64,000 nucleotides of DNA from Mustelus asterias (taxonomy: Eukaryota): assembly GCF_964213995.1 (NCBI RefSeq), contig NC_135808.1:43338001-43402000 (forward strand). The letters are read 5' to 3'. Each line of letters begins with the position of its first letter. Within the stretch, counting starts at the first letter, position 1. The notes beneath the pieces are model-generated. The model was not told where the DNA came from. It did not search any database and worked only from the letters and a program-made list of their open reading frames with translations. Positions 1-12,417 of the stretch are shown piece by piece. The position numbers and the translations under genes are program-made.

Positions 1-3000
1 TCTCTCTCTCTCTGTGTCCCGCTCTCTCTCTCTCTGCCTGTGCACCGCTCTCTCTCTCGCTCTGTTTCCCCCGCTCTCTCTCTCTCTCTCTTGCCTGTGC
101 CCCGCTCTCTCTCTCTCTCTCTCTCTGTGTCCCGCTCTCTCTCTGTGTCCCGCTCTCTCTCTCTCTCTGTGTCCCGCTCTCTCTCTCTTTGTGTCCCGCT
201 CTCTCTCTCTCTGTGTCCCGCTCTCTCTCTCTCTGTGCCCCGCTCTCTCTCTCTCTCTGTGTCCCGCTCTCTCTCTCTCTGTGCCCCGCACTCTCTCTCT
301 CTGCCTGTGCCCCGCTCTCTCTCTGTGTCCCGCTCTCTCTCTCTGTGTCCCGCTCTCTCTCTCTCTGTGCCCCGCTCTCTCTCTCTCTGCCTGTGCCCCG
401 CTCTCTCTCTGTGTCCTGCTCTCTCTCTCTCTGTGTCCCGCTCTCTCTCTCTCTGTGTCCCGCTCTCTCTCTCTCTGTGTCCCGCTCTCTCTCTCTCTGT
501 GTCCCGCTCTCTCTCTCTCTGTGTCCCGCTCTCTCTCTCTCTGTGTCCCGCTCTCTCTCTCTGTGTCCCGCTCTCTCTCTCTCTGTGCCCCGCTCCCTCT
601 CTCTGTGCCCCGCTCTCTCTCTCTCTCTGTGCCCCGCTCTCTCTCTCTCTCTGTGCCCTGCTCTCTCTCTCTCTCTGTGCCCCGCTCTCTCTCTCTCTCT
701 GTGCCCCGCTCTCTCTCTCTCTCTGTGCCCCGCTCTCTCTCTCTCTCTGTGCCCCGCTCTCTCTCTCTCTCTCTGTGCCCCGCTCTCTCTCTCTCTGTGC
801 CTGTGCCCCGCTCTCTCTCTCTGTGCCCCGCTCTCTCTCTCTCTGTGTCCCGCTCTCTCACTCTCTGTGCCCTGCCTCTCTCTCTCTCTGTGCCCCGCTC
901 TCTCTCTCTCTCTGTGCCCTGCTCTCTCTCTCTCTCTGTGCCCCGCTCTCTCTCTCTCTCTGTGCCCTGCTCTCTCTCTCTCTCTCTGTGCCCCGCTCTC
1001 TCTCTCTCTCTGTGCCCCGCTCTCTCTCTCTCTCTGTGCCCCGCTCCCTCTCTCTCTCTCTGTGCCCCGCTCTCTCTCTCTCTCTGTGCCCCGCTCTCTC
1101 TCTCTCTCTCTGTGCCCCGCTCTCTCTCTCTGTGTCCCGCTCTCTCTCTCTCTGTGTCCCGCTCTCTCTCTCTCTGCCTGTGCCCCGCTCTCTCTCTCTC
1201 GCTCTGTGTCCCGCTCTCTCTCTCTCTGCCTGTGCCCCGCTCTCTCTCTCTCTCTCTCTCTGTGTCCCGCTCTCTCTCTCTCTCTGTGTCCCGCTCTCTC
1301 TCTCTCTCTGTGTCCCGCTCTCTCTCTCTCTCTGTGTCCCCGCTCTCTCTCTCTCTGTGTCCCGCTCTCTCTCTCTCTGTGTCCCGCTCTCTCTCTCTCT
1401 GTGCCCCGCTCTCTCTCTCTCTCTGTGTCCCGCTCTCTCTCTCTCTGTGCCCCGCACTCTCTCTCTCTGCCTGTGCCCCGCTCTCTCTCTGTGTCCCGCT
1501 CTCTCTCTCTGTGTCCCGCTCTCTCTCTCTCTGTGCCCCGCTCTCTCTCTCTCTGCCTGTGCCCCGCTCTCTCTCTGTGTCCCGCTCTCTCTCTCTCTGT
1601 GTCCCGCTCTCTCTCTCTCTGTGTCCCGCTCTCTCTCTCTCTGTGTCCCGCTCTCTCTCTCTCTGTGTCCCGCTCTCTCTCTCTCTCTGTGTCCCGCTCT
1701 CTCTCTCTCTGTGCCCCGCTCTCTCTCTCTGTGCCCCGCTCTCTCTCTCTCTCTGTGCCCCGCTCTCTCTCTCTCTCTGTGCCCCGCTCTCTCTCTCTCT
1801 CTGTGCCCCGCTCTCTCTCTCTGTGCCCCGCTCTCTCTCTCTCTCTGTGCCCCGCTCTCTCTCTCTCTGTGCCTGTGCCCCGCTCTCTCTCTCTCTCTGT
1901 GCCCCGCTCTCTCTCTCTCTGTGTCCCGCTCTCTCACTCTCTGTGCCCTGCTCCCTCTCTCTCTCTGTGCCCCGCTCTCTCTCTCTCTGTGCCCTGCTCT
2001 CTCTCTCTCTCTGTGCCCCACTCTCTCTCTCTCTCTGTGCCCCGCTCTCTCTCTCTCTCTGTGCCCCGCTCTCTCTCTCTCTCTGTGCCCCGCTCTCTCT
2101 CTCTCTCTGTGCCCTGCTCTCTCTCTCTCTCTGTGCCCCGCTCTCTCTCTCTCTGTACCCCGCTCTCTCTCTCTCTGTGTCCCGCTCTCTCACTCTCTGT
2201 GCCCCGCTCTCTCTCTCTCTCTCTGTGCCCCGCTCTCTCTCTCTCTCTGTGCCCCGCTCTCTCTCTCTCTGTGCCCCGCTCTCTCTCTCTCTGTGCCCCG
2301 CTCTCTCTCTCTCTCTCTGTGCCCCGCTCTCTCTCTCTCTCTCTGTGCCCCGCTCTCTCTCTCTCTCTCTGTGCCCCGCTCTCTCTCTCTCTCTCTGTGC
2401 CCCGCTCCCTCTCTCTCTCTCTGTGCCCCGCTCTCTCTCTCTCTCTCTGTGCCCCGCTCTCTCTCTCTCTGTGTCCCGCTCTCTCTCTCTCTGTGTCCCG
2501 CTCTCTCTCTCTGCCTGTCCCCCGCTCTCTCTCTCTCTCTCTCTGTGTCCCGCTCTCTCTCTCTCTGCCTGTGCCCCGCTCTCTCTCTCTCTCTGTGTCC
2601 CGCTCTCTCTCTCTCTCTGTGCCCCGCTCTCTCTCTCTCTGCCTGCGCCCCGCTCTCTCTCTGTGTCCCGCTCTCTCTCTCTGTGTCCCGCTCTCTCTCT
2701 CTCTGTGTCCCGCTCTCTCTCTCTCTGTGTCCCGCTCTCTCTCTCTCTGTGCCCCGCTCTCTCTCTCTCTGCCTGTGCCCCGCTCTCTCTCTCTCTCTGC
2801 CTGTGCCCCGCTCTCTCTGCCTGTGCCCCGCTCTCTCTGCCTGTGCCTCGCACTCTCTCTCTCTCTGTGTCCCGCTCTCTCTCTCTCTGTGCCCCGCTCT
2901 CTCTCTCTCTGTGCCCCGCTCTCTCTCTCTCTCTGCCTGTGCCCCGCTCTCTCTCTCTCTTTGCTGTGCCCCGCTCTCTCTCTCTCTCTCTGCCTGTGCC

Positions 3001-6000
3001 CCGCTCTCTCTCTCTCTGCCTGTTGCCCCGCTCTCTCTCTCTGCCTGTGCCCCGCTCTTTCTGCCTGTGCCCCGCTCTCTCTCTCTCTGCCTGTGCCCCG
3101 CTCTCTCTCTCTCTCTGCCTGTGCCCCGCTCTCTCTGCCTGTGCCCCACTCTCTCTGCCTGTGCCCCGCTGTCTCTGCCTGTGCCCCACTCTCTCTGCCT
3201 GTGCCCCGCTCTCTCTGCCTGTGTCCCGCTCTCTCTCTCTCTGCCCCGCTCTCTCTCTCTGTGTCCCGCTCTCTCTCTCTCTGTGCCCCGCTCTCTCTCT
3301 CTGTGCCCCGCTCTCTCTCTCTCTCTGTGCCCCGCTCTCTGTCTCTCTCTGTGCCCCGCTCTCTCTCTCTCTCTGTGCCCCGCTCTCTCTCTCTCTCTCT
3401 GTGCCCCGCTCTCTCTCTCTCTCTGTGCCTGTGCCCCGCTCTCTCTCTCTCTCTGTGCCCGCTCTCTCTCTCTCTCTGTGTCCCGCTCTCTCACTCTCTG
3501 TGCCCCGCTCTCTCTCTCTCTCTGTGCCCTGCTCTCTCTCTCTCTGTGCCCCGCTCTCTCTCTCTCTGTGCCCTGCTCTCTCTCTCTCTCTGTGCCCCGC
3601 TCTCTCTCTCTGTGCCCTGCTCTCTCTCTCTCTCTCTGTGCCCCGCTCTCTCTCTCTGTGCCCTGCTCTCTCTCTCTCTCTGTGCCCCGCTCTCTCTCTC
3701 TCTGTGTCCCGCTCTCTCACTCTCTGTGTCCCGCTCTCTCTCTCTCTCTGTGCCCCGCTCTCTCTCTCTCTCTGTGCCCCGCTCTCTCTCTCTCTCTGTG
3801 CCCTGCTCTCTCTCTCTCTCTCTGTGTCCCGCTCTCTCTCTCTCTCTGTGCCCCGCTCTCTCTCTCTCTCTGTGCCCCGCTCTCTCTCTCTCTGTGCCCC
3901 GCTCTCTCACTCTCTGTGCCCCGCTCTCTCTCTCTCTGTGCCCCGCTCTCTCTCTCTCTCTGTGCCCCGCTCTCTCTCTCTCTGTGCCCCGCTCTCTCTC
4001 TCTCTGTGCCCCGCTCTCTCTCTCTCTGTGCCCCGCTCTCTCTCTCTCTGTGCCCCGCTCTCTCTCTCTCTGTGCCCCGCTCTCTCTCTCTCTCTCTGTG
4101 CCCCGCTCTCTCTCTCTCTCTCTGTGCCCCGCTCTCTCTCTCTCTCTCTGTGCCCCGCTCTCTCTCTCTCTCTCTGTGCCCCGCTCTCTCTCTCTCTCTG
4201 TGCCCCGCTCTCTCTCTCTCTCTCTGTGCCCTGCTCTCTCTCTCTGTGTCCCGCTCTCTCTCTCTCTGTGTCCCGCTCTCTCTCTCTCTGCCTGTGCACC
4301 GCTCTCTCTCTCTCTCGCTCTGTTTCCCGCTCTCTCTCTCTCTGCCTGTGCCCCGCCTCTCTCTCTCTCTCTCTGTGTCCCGCTCTCTCTCTCTCTGTGT
4401 CCCGCTCTCTCTCTCTCTCTGTGTCCCGCTCTCTCTCTCTTTGTGTCCCGCTCTCTCTCTCTCTGTGTCCCGCTCTCTCTCTCTCTGTGCCCCGCTCTCT
4501 CTCTCTCTGTGTCCCGCTCTCTCTCTCTCTGTGCCCCGCACTCTCTCTCTCTGCCTGTGCCCCGCTCTCTCTCTGTGTCCCGCTCTCTCTCTCTGTGTCC
4601 CGCTCTCTCTCTCTCTGTGCCCCGCTCTCTCTCTCTCTGCCTGTGCCCCCGCTCTCTCTCTGTGTCCCGCTCTCTCTCTCTCTGTGTCCCGCTCTCTCTC
4701 TCTCTCTGTGTCCCGCTCTCTCTCTCTCTGTGTCCCGCTCTCTCTCTCTCTGTGTCCCGCTCTCTCTCTCTCTGTGTCCCGCTCTCTCTCTCTCTGTGTC
4801 CCGCTCTCTCTCTCTCTCTGTGTCCCGCTCTCTCTCTCTCTCTGTGCCCCGCTCTCTCTCTCTCTCTGTGCCCCGCTCTCTCTCTCTCTCTGTGCCCCGC
4901 TCTCTCTCTCTCTGTGCCTGTGCCCCGCTCTCTCTCTCTCTGCCCCGCTCTCTCTCTCTCTGTGTCCCGCTCTCTCACTCTCTGTGCCCCGCTCTCTCTC
5001 TCTCTGCCTGTGCCCCGCTCTCACTCTCTCTGCCTGTGCCCCGCTCTCTCTCACTCTGCCTGTGCCCCGCTCTCTCTCTCTGCCTGTGCCCCGCTCTCTC
5101 TCTCTCTCTCTGCCTGTGCCCCGCTCTCTCTCTCTCTGCCTGTGCCCCACTCTCTGTCTCTCTCTCTGTGCCCCGCTCTCACTCTCTCTGCCTGTGCCCC
5201 GCTCTCACTCTCTCTGCCTGTACCCCGCTCTCTCTCACTCTCTCTGCCTGTGCCCCGCTCTCTCTCTCTGCCTGTGCCCCGCTCTCTCTCTCTCTCTCTG
5301 TGCCCTGCTCTCTCTCTCTCTCTGTGCCCCGCTCTCACTCTCTCTGCCTGTGCCCCGCTCTCTCTCACTCTCTCTGCCTGTGCCCCGCTCTCTCTCTCTG
5401 CCTGTGCCCCGCTCTCTCTCTCTCTCTGCCTGTGCCCCGCTCTCTCTCTCTCTGCCTGTGCCCCACTCTCTGTCTCTCTCTGCCTGTGCCTCGCTCTCTC
5501 TCTCTCTCTCTGCCTGTGCCCCGCTCTCTCTCTCTGCCTGTGCCCCGCTCTCTCTCTCTCTCTCTGCCTGTGCCCCGCTCTCTCTCTCTGCCTGTGCCCC
5601 GCTCTCTCTCTCTCTCTCTGCCTGTGCCCCGCTCTCTCTCTCTGCCTGTGCCCCGCTCTCTCTCTCTCTCTCTGCCTGTGCCCCGCTCTCTCTCTCTCTC
5701 TCTGCCTGTGCCCCGCTCTCTCTGCCTGTGCCCCGCTCTCTCTCTCTCTCTCTGCATGTGCCCCGCTCTCTCTCTCTGTGTCCCGCTCTCTCTCTCTCTC
5801 TGCCTGTGCCCCGCTCTCTCTGCCTATGCCCCGCTCTCTCTCTCTCTCTGTGCCCCGCTCTCTCTCTGTGCCCCGCTCTCTCTCTCTCTCTGTGCCCCGC
5901 TCTCTCTCTCTGTGTCCCGCTCTCTCTCTCTCTCTCTGTGCCCCGCTCTCTCTCTCTCTGTGCCCCGCTCTCTCTCTCTGTGCCCCGCTCTCTCTCTCTC

Positions 6001-9000
6001 TCTGTGCCCCGCACTCTCTCTCTGCCTGTGCCCCGCTCTCTCTCTCTCTGCCTGTGCCCCGCTCTCTCTCTCTCTGCCTGTGCCCCGCTCTCTCTCTCTC
6101 TGCCTGTGCCACGCTCTCTCTCTCTCTCTGCCTGTGCCCCGCTCTCTCTGCCTGTGCCCCGCTCTCTCTGCCTGTGCCTCGCACTCTCTCTCTCTCTCTG
6201 TGTCCCGCTCTCTCTCTCTCTGTGCCCCGCTCTCTCTCTCTCTCTGTGCCCCGCTCTCTCTCTCGCTGTGCCCCGCTCTCTCTCTCTCTGTGCCCCGCTC
6301 TCTCTCTCTCTCTGCCTGTGCCCCGCTCTCTCTCTCTCTTTGCCTGTGCCCCGCTCTCTCTCTCTCTCTGCCTGTGCCCCGCTCTCTCTCTCTCTGCCTG
6401 TGCCCCGCTCTCTCTCTCTGCCTGTGCCCCGCTCTTTCTGCCTGTGCCCCGCTCTCTCTCTCTCTGCCTGTGCCCCGCTCTCTCTCTCTCTCTGCCTGTG
6501 CCCCGCTCTCTCTGCCTGTGCCCCACTCTCTCTGCCTGTGCCCCGCTGTCTCTGCCTGTGCCCCACTCTCTCTGCCTGTGCCCCGCTCTCTCTGCCTGTG
6601 TCCCGCTCTCTCTCTCTCTGCCCCGCTCTCTCTCTCTGTGTCCCGCTCTCTCTCTCTCTGTGCCCCGCTCTCTCTCTCTGTGCCCCGCTCTCTCTCTCTC
6701 TCTGTGCCCCGCTCTCTGTCTCTCTCTGTGCCCCGCTCTCTCTCTCTCTGTGCCCCGCTCTCTCTCTCTCTCTCTGTGCCCCGCTCTCTCTCTCTCTCTC
6801 TGTGCCTGTGCCCCGCTCTCTCTCTCTCTCTGTGCCCCGCTCTCTCTCTCTCTCTGTGCCCCGCTCTCTCTCTCTCTCTGTGTCCCGCTCTCTCACTCTC
6901 TGTGCCCCGCTCTTTCTCTCTCTCTGTGCCCTGCTCTCTCTCTCTCTGTGAACCGCTCTCTCTCTCTGTGCCCTGCTCTCTCTCTCTCTCTGTGCCCCGC
7001 TCTCTCTCTCTGTGCCCTGCTCTCTCTCTCTCTCTCTGTGCCCCGCTCTCTCTCTCTCTCTGTGCCCTGCTCTCTCTCTCTCTCTCTGTGCCCCGCTCTC
7101 TCCTCTCTGTGTCCCGCTCTCTCACTCTCTGTGTCCCGCTCTCTCTCTCTCTCTGTGCCCCGCTCTCTCTCTCTCTCTGTGCCCGCTCTCTCTCTCTCTC
7201 TGTGCCCTGCTCTCTCTCTCTCTCTGTGCCCCGCTCTCTCTCTCTCTCTCTGTGCCCCGCTCTCTCTCTCTCTGTGTCCCGCTCTCTCACTCTCTGTGCC
7301 CCGCTCTCTCTCTCTCTCTGTGCCCCGCTCTCTCTCTCTCTCTGTGCCCCGCTCTCTCTCTCTCTGTGCCCCGCTCTCTCTCTCTCTGTGCCCCGCTCTC
7401 TCTCTCTCTCTCTGTGCCCCGCTCTCTCTCTCTCTCTCTGTGCCCCGCTCTCTCTCTCTCTCTGTGCCCCGCTCTCTCTCTCTCTCTGTGCCCCGCTCTC
7501 TCTCTCTCTGTGCCCCGCTCTCTCTCTCTCTCTGTGCCCCGCTCTCTCTCTCTCTCTGTGCCCCGCTCTCTCTCTCTCTCTGTGCCCTGCTCTCTCTCTC
7601 TCTCTCTGTGTCCCGCTCTCTCTCTCTCTCTGTGCCCCGCTCTCTCTCTCTCTCTGTGCCCCGCTCTCTCTCTCTCTCTGTGCCCCGCTCTCTCACTCTC
7701 TGTGCCCCGCTCTCTCTCTCTCTCTGTGCCCCGCTCTCTCTCTCTCTCTGTGCCCCGCTCTCTCTCTCTCTGTGCCCCGCTCTCTCTCTCTCTGTGCCCC
7801 GCTCTCTCTCTCTCTGTGCCCCGCTCTCTCTCTCTCTGTGCCCCGCTCTCTCTCTCTCTCTCTGTGCCCCGCTCTCTCTCTCTCTCTCTGTGCCCCGCTC
7901 TCTCTCTCTCTCTCTGTGCCCCGCTCTCTCTCTCTCTCTCTGTGCCCCGCTCTCTCTCTCTCTCTGTGCCCCGCTCTCTCTCTCTCTCTCTGTGCCCCGC
8001 TCTCTCTCTCTGTGTCCCGCTCTCTCTCTCTCTGTGTCCCGCTCTCTCTCTCTCTGCCTGTGCACCGCTCTCTCTCTCGCTCTGTTTCCCGCTCTCTCTC
8101 TCTCTCTCTGCCTGTGCCCCGCTCTCTCTCTCTCTCTCTCTCTGTGTCCCGCTCTCTCTCTCTCTCTGTGTCCCGCTCTCTCTCTCTTTGTGTCCCGCTC
8201 TCTCTCTCTCTGTGTCCCGCTCTCTCTCTCTCTGTGCCCCGCTCTCTCTCTCTCTCTGTGTCCCGCTCTCTCTCTCTCTGTGCCCCGCACTCTCTCTCTC
8301 TGCCTGTGCCCCGCTCTCTCTCTGTGTCCCGCTCTCTCTCTCTGTGTCCCGCTCTCTCTCTCTCTGTGCCCCGCTCTCTCTCTCTCTGCCTGTGCCCCGC
8401 TCTCTCTCTGTGTCCTGCTCTCTCTCTCTCTGTGTCCCGCTCTCTCTCTCTCTGTGTCCCGCTCTCTCTCTCTCTGTGTCCCGCTCTCTCTCTCTCTGTG
8501 TCCCGCTCTCTCTCTCTCTGTGTCCCGCTCTCTCTCTCTCTGTGTCCCGCTCTCTCTCTCTGTGTCCCGCTCTCTCTCTCTCTGTGCCCCGCTCCCTCTC
8601 TCTGTGCCCCGCTCTCTCTCTCTCTCTGTGCCCCGCTCTCTCTCTCTCTCTGTGCCCTGCTCTCTCTCTCTCTCTGTGCCCCGCTCTCTCTCTCTCTCTG
8701 TGCCCCGCTCTCTCTCTCTCTCTGTGCCCCGCTCTCTCTCTCTCTCTGTGCCCCGCTCTCTCTCTCTCTCTCTGTGCCCCGCTCTCTCTCTCTCTGTGCC
8801 TGTGCCCCGCTCTCTCTCTCTGTGCCCCGCTCTCTCTCTCTCTGTGTCCCGCTCTCTCACTCTCTGTGCCCTGCTCTCTCTCTCTCTCTGTGCCCCGCTC
8901 TCTCTCTCTCTCTGTGCCCTGCTCTCTCTCTCTCTCTGTGCCCCGCTCTCTCTCTCTCTCTGTGCCCTGCTCTCTCTCTCTCTCTCTGTGCCCCGCTCTC

Positions 9001-11380
9001 TCTCTCTCTCTGTGCCCCGCTCTCTCTCTCTCTCTGTGCCCCGCTCCCTCTCTCTCTCTCTGTGCCCCGCTCTCTCTCTCTCTCTGTGCCCCGCTCTCTC
9101 TCTCTCTCTCTGTGCCCCGCTCTCTCTCTCTGTGTCCCGCTCTCTCTCTCTCTGTGTCCCGCTCTCTCTCTCTCTGCCTGTGCCCCGCTCTCTCTCTCTC
9201 TCGCTCTGTGTCCCGCTCTCTCTCTCTCTGCCTGTGCCCCGCTCTCTCTCTCTCTCTCTCTCTGTGTCCCGCTCTCTCTCTCTCTCTCTCTGTGTCCCGC
9301 TCTCTCTCTCTCTCTGTGTCCCGCTCTCTCTCTCTCTCTGTGTCCCGCTCTCTCTCTCTCTGTGTCCCGCTCTCTCTCTCTCTGTGTCCCGCTCTCTCTC
9401 TCTCTGTGCCCCGCTCTCTCTCTCTCTCTGTGTCCCGCTCTCTCTCTCTCTGTGCCCCGCACTCTCTCTCTCTGCCTGTGCCCCGCTCTCTCTCTGTGTC
9501 CCGCTCTCTCTCTCTGTGTCCCGCTCTCTCTCTCTCTGTGCCCCGCTCTCTCTCTCTCTGCCTGTGCCCCGCTCTCTCTCTGTGTCCCGCTCTCTCTCTC
9601 TCTGTGTCCCGCTCTCTCTCTCTCTGTGTCCCGCTCTCTCTCTCTCTGTGTCCCGCTCTCTCTCTCTCTGTGTCCCGCTCTCTCTCTCTCTGTGTCCCGC
9701 TCTCTCTCTCTCTCTGTGTCCCGCTCTCTCTCTCTCTGTGCCCCGCTCTCTCTCTCTCTGTGCCCCGCTCTCTCTCTCTCTCTGTGCCCCGCTCTCTCTC
9801 TCTCTCTGTGCCCCGCTCTCTCTCTCTGTGCCCCGCTCTCTCTCTCTCTCTGTGCCCCGCTCTCTCTCTCTCTGTGCCTGTGCCCCGCTCTCTCTCTCTC
9901 TCTGTGCCCCGCTCTCTCTCTCTCTCTCTGTGCCCCGCTCTCTCCCTCTCTGTGTCCCGCTCTCTCACTCTCTGTGTCCCGCTCTCTCTCTCTCTCTGTG
10001 CCCCGCTCTCTCTCTCTCTCTGTGCCCCGCTCTCTCTCTCTCTCTGTGCCCTGCTCTCTCTCTCTCTCTGTGCCCCGCTCTCTCTCTCTCTCTCTGTGCC
10101 CCGCTCTCTCTCTCTCTGTGTCCCGCTCTCTCACTCTCTGTGCCCCGCTCTCTCTCTCTCTCTCTGTGCCCCGCTCTCTCTCTCTCTCTGTGCCCCGCTC
10201 TCTCTCTCTCTGTGCCCCGCTCTCTCTCTCTCTGTGCCCCGCTCTCTCTCTCTCTCTCTGTGCCCCGCTCTCTCTCTCTCTCTCTGTGCCCCGCTCTCTC
10301 TCTCTCTCCTTGCCCCGCTCTCTCTCTCTCTCTGTGCCCCGCTCTCTCTCTCTCTGTGCCCCGCTCTCTCTCTCTCTCTGTGCCCCGCTCTCTCTCTCTC
10401 TCTGTGCCCCGCTCTCTCTCTCTCTCTGTGCCCTGCTCTCTCTCTCTCTCTCTGTGTCCCGCTCTCTCTCTCTCTCTGTGCCCCGCTCTCTCTCTCTCTC
10501 TGTGCCCCGCTCTCTCTCTCTCTCTGTGCCCCGCTCTCTCACTCTCTGTGCCCCGCTCTCTCTCTCTCTCTGTGCCCCGCTCTCTCTCTCTCTCTGTGCC
10601 CCGCTCTCTCTCTCTCTGTGCCCCGCTCTCTCTCTCTCTGTGCCCCGCTCTCTCTCTCTCTGTGCCCCGCTCTCTCTCTCTCTGTGCCCCGCTCTCTCTC
10701 TCTCTGTGCCCCGCTCTCTCTCTCTCTCTCTGTGCCCCGCTCTCTCTCTCTCTCTCTGTGCCCGCCTCTCTCTCTCTCTCTGTGCCCCGCTCTCTCTCTC
10801 TCTCTCTGTGCCCCGCTCTCTCTCTCTCTCTGTGCCCCGCTCTCTCTCTCTCTCTCTGTGCCCCGCTCTCTCTCTCTGTGTCCCGCTCTCTCTCTCTCTG
10901 TGTCCCGCTCTCTCTCTCTCTGCCTGTGCACCGCTCTCTCTCTCGCTCTGTTTCCCGCTCTCTCTCTCTCTCTCTGCCTGTGCCCCGCTCTCTCTCTCTC
11001 TCTCTCTCTGTGTCCCGCTCTCTCTCTCTCCTCTGTGTCCCGCTCTCTCTCTCTCTCTGTGTCCCGCTCTCTCTCTCTCTGTGTCCCGCCTCTCTTTCCC
11101 GCTCTCTCTCTCTCTGTGTCCCGCTCTCTCTCTCTCTGTGCCCCGCTCTCTCTCTCTCTCTGTGTCCCGCTCTCTCTCTCTCTGTGCCCCGCACTCTCTC
11201 TCTCTGCCTGTGCCCCGCTCTCTCTCTGTGTCCCGCTCTCTCTCTCTGTGTCCCGCTCTCTCTCTCTCTGTGCCCCGCTCTCTCTCTCTCTGCCTGTGCC
11301 CCGCTCTCTCTCTGTGTCCCGCTCTCTCTCTCTCTGTGTCCCGCTCTCTCTCTCTCTGTGTCCCGCTCTCTCTCTCTGTG
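1..11380. repeat. CT-rich compound satellite, unit (CT)n-GTG[C/T]CCCG of about 20-30 bp with GCCT-insertion variants and kb-scale higher-order blocks
   Basis: Read directly. The + strand is almost devoid of A, so it has almost no stop codons. The rare marker TGCACC recurs at 41, 4295, 8061 and 10927. Confidence 0.97.
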
Positions 11381-11580
11381 NNNNNNNNNNNNNNNNNNNN
11401 NNNNNNNNNNNNNNNNNNNNNNNNNNNNNNNNNNNNNNNNNNNNNNNNNNNNNNNNNNNNNNNNNNNNNNNNNNNNNNNNNNNNNNNNNNNNNNNNNNNN
11501 NNNNNNNNNNNNNNNNNNNNNNNNNNNNNNNNNNNNNNNNNNNNNNNNNNNNNNNNNNNNNNNNNNNNNNNNNNNNNNNN
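11381..11580. other. Assembly gap (200 N)
   Basis: Run of exactly 200 N; the true size and the join are unknown. Confidence 1.
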
Positions 11581-11650
11581 ACAGGGTGACATCCCAGTGA
11601 CAGGGGGTTTCCATGGAGAGTAAATGTGGGCGGGGCTGACTGGGGACTAA

Positions 11651-11738
11651 CCAATGTCAATTAGAGGAATCATGACATCACTGTTACCAGGCAGAATGTG
11701 TGGGGCAAGTTTACAGACAGGCAGCTGATTTCCTGGAA
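11651..11738 (-). promoter_or_regulatory. MHC-type X1-X2-Y module (weak S-like box) with a nearby GAS site
   Basis: Minus strand reads TAAACTT-N15-CCTGGTAACAGTGA (X2 TGATGTCA)-N19-GACATTGG. TTCCTGGAA at 11730-11738, GC box at 11628-11636, kB-like GGGGGTTTCC at 11603-11612. Confidence 0.55.
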
Positions 11739-11828
11739 AGTGAGAGACAGAGAAAGAGAAAACACAGACGGAGAGGAATGAAAGAGGGGATGAAACATGG
11801 ACTCAGAATGAGGCTAGTCAAGCCCATT

Positions 11829-12070
11829 GGGGCGGCACGGTGGCACAGTGGTTAAAATTATAGAATCTCTACAGTGCAGAAGGAGGCCATTCGGCCCATC
11901 AACTAAGAGGCAATTTAGCACGGCCAATGCACCTAACCCTCACATCTTTGGACTGTGGGAGGAAACCGGAGCACCCGGAGGAAACCCACGCAGACACGAG
12001 GAGAATGTGCAAACTCCACACAGACAGTGACCAAAGCTGGAAATCGAACCCGGGTCCCTGGCGCTGCAGA
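11829..12070 (-). mobile_element. HE1-type tRNA SINE, rearranged (first ~27 nt on +, body on -)
   Basis: GGGGCGGCACGGTGGCACAGTGGTT on +, followed by the reverse-complemented tail and core (CCGGAGCACCCGGAGGAAACCCACGCAGACAC). Confidence 0.85.
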
Positions 12071-12417
12071 GGACAACTCTCTGATCGCAGGGACAATCTA
12101 GTGAACCTTTGCTGAACTATCTCCAATAGAATATCCTTCCTTAAATATGGTCACATTCCAGTTGCGGCCTCACCAAAGCTCTGCACATTTGTGAAAAGAC
12201 TTATTTATTCTTTACTCCAATACCCTTCTGAATAAAAGTCATTTTCCTCCCTAATTGCTTGCTGTGCCTGTAAGCTAACTTTGTGTTCTTTGTATGAGGA
12301 CATCCAAATCTCTCCAAACATCAACATTGAAAAAATATTTCTGATATTCTATTCTTTCCACTGGTGAATAACCTCATGCCCTCACATTTTACTCCATCTG
12401 CCACCTTACCTCAGTCA

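Noticed and set aside
1-11380. CRISPR-like repeat-spacer appearance
   Set aside because: The intervening sequences are (CT)n tracts, not unique spacers; the context is eukaryotic and there are no cas genes.
14-11660. Giant SL/CP-rich and RE-rich ORFs (up to 3869 aa)
   Set aside because: Satellite translations. All six frames are largely open because of base composition, and several run through the N gap.
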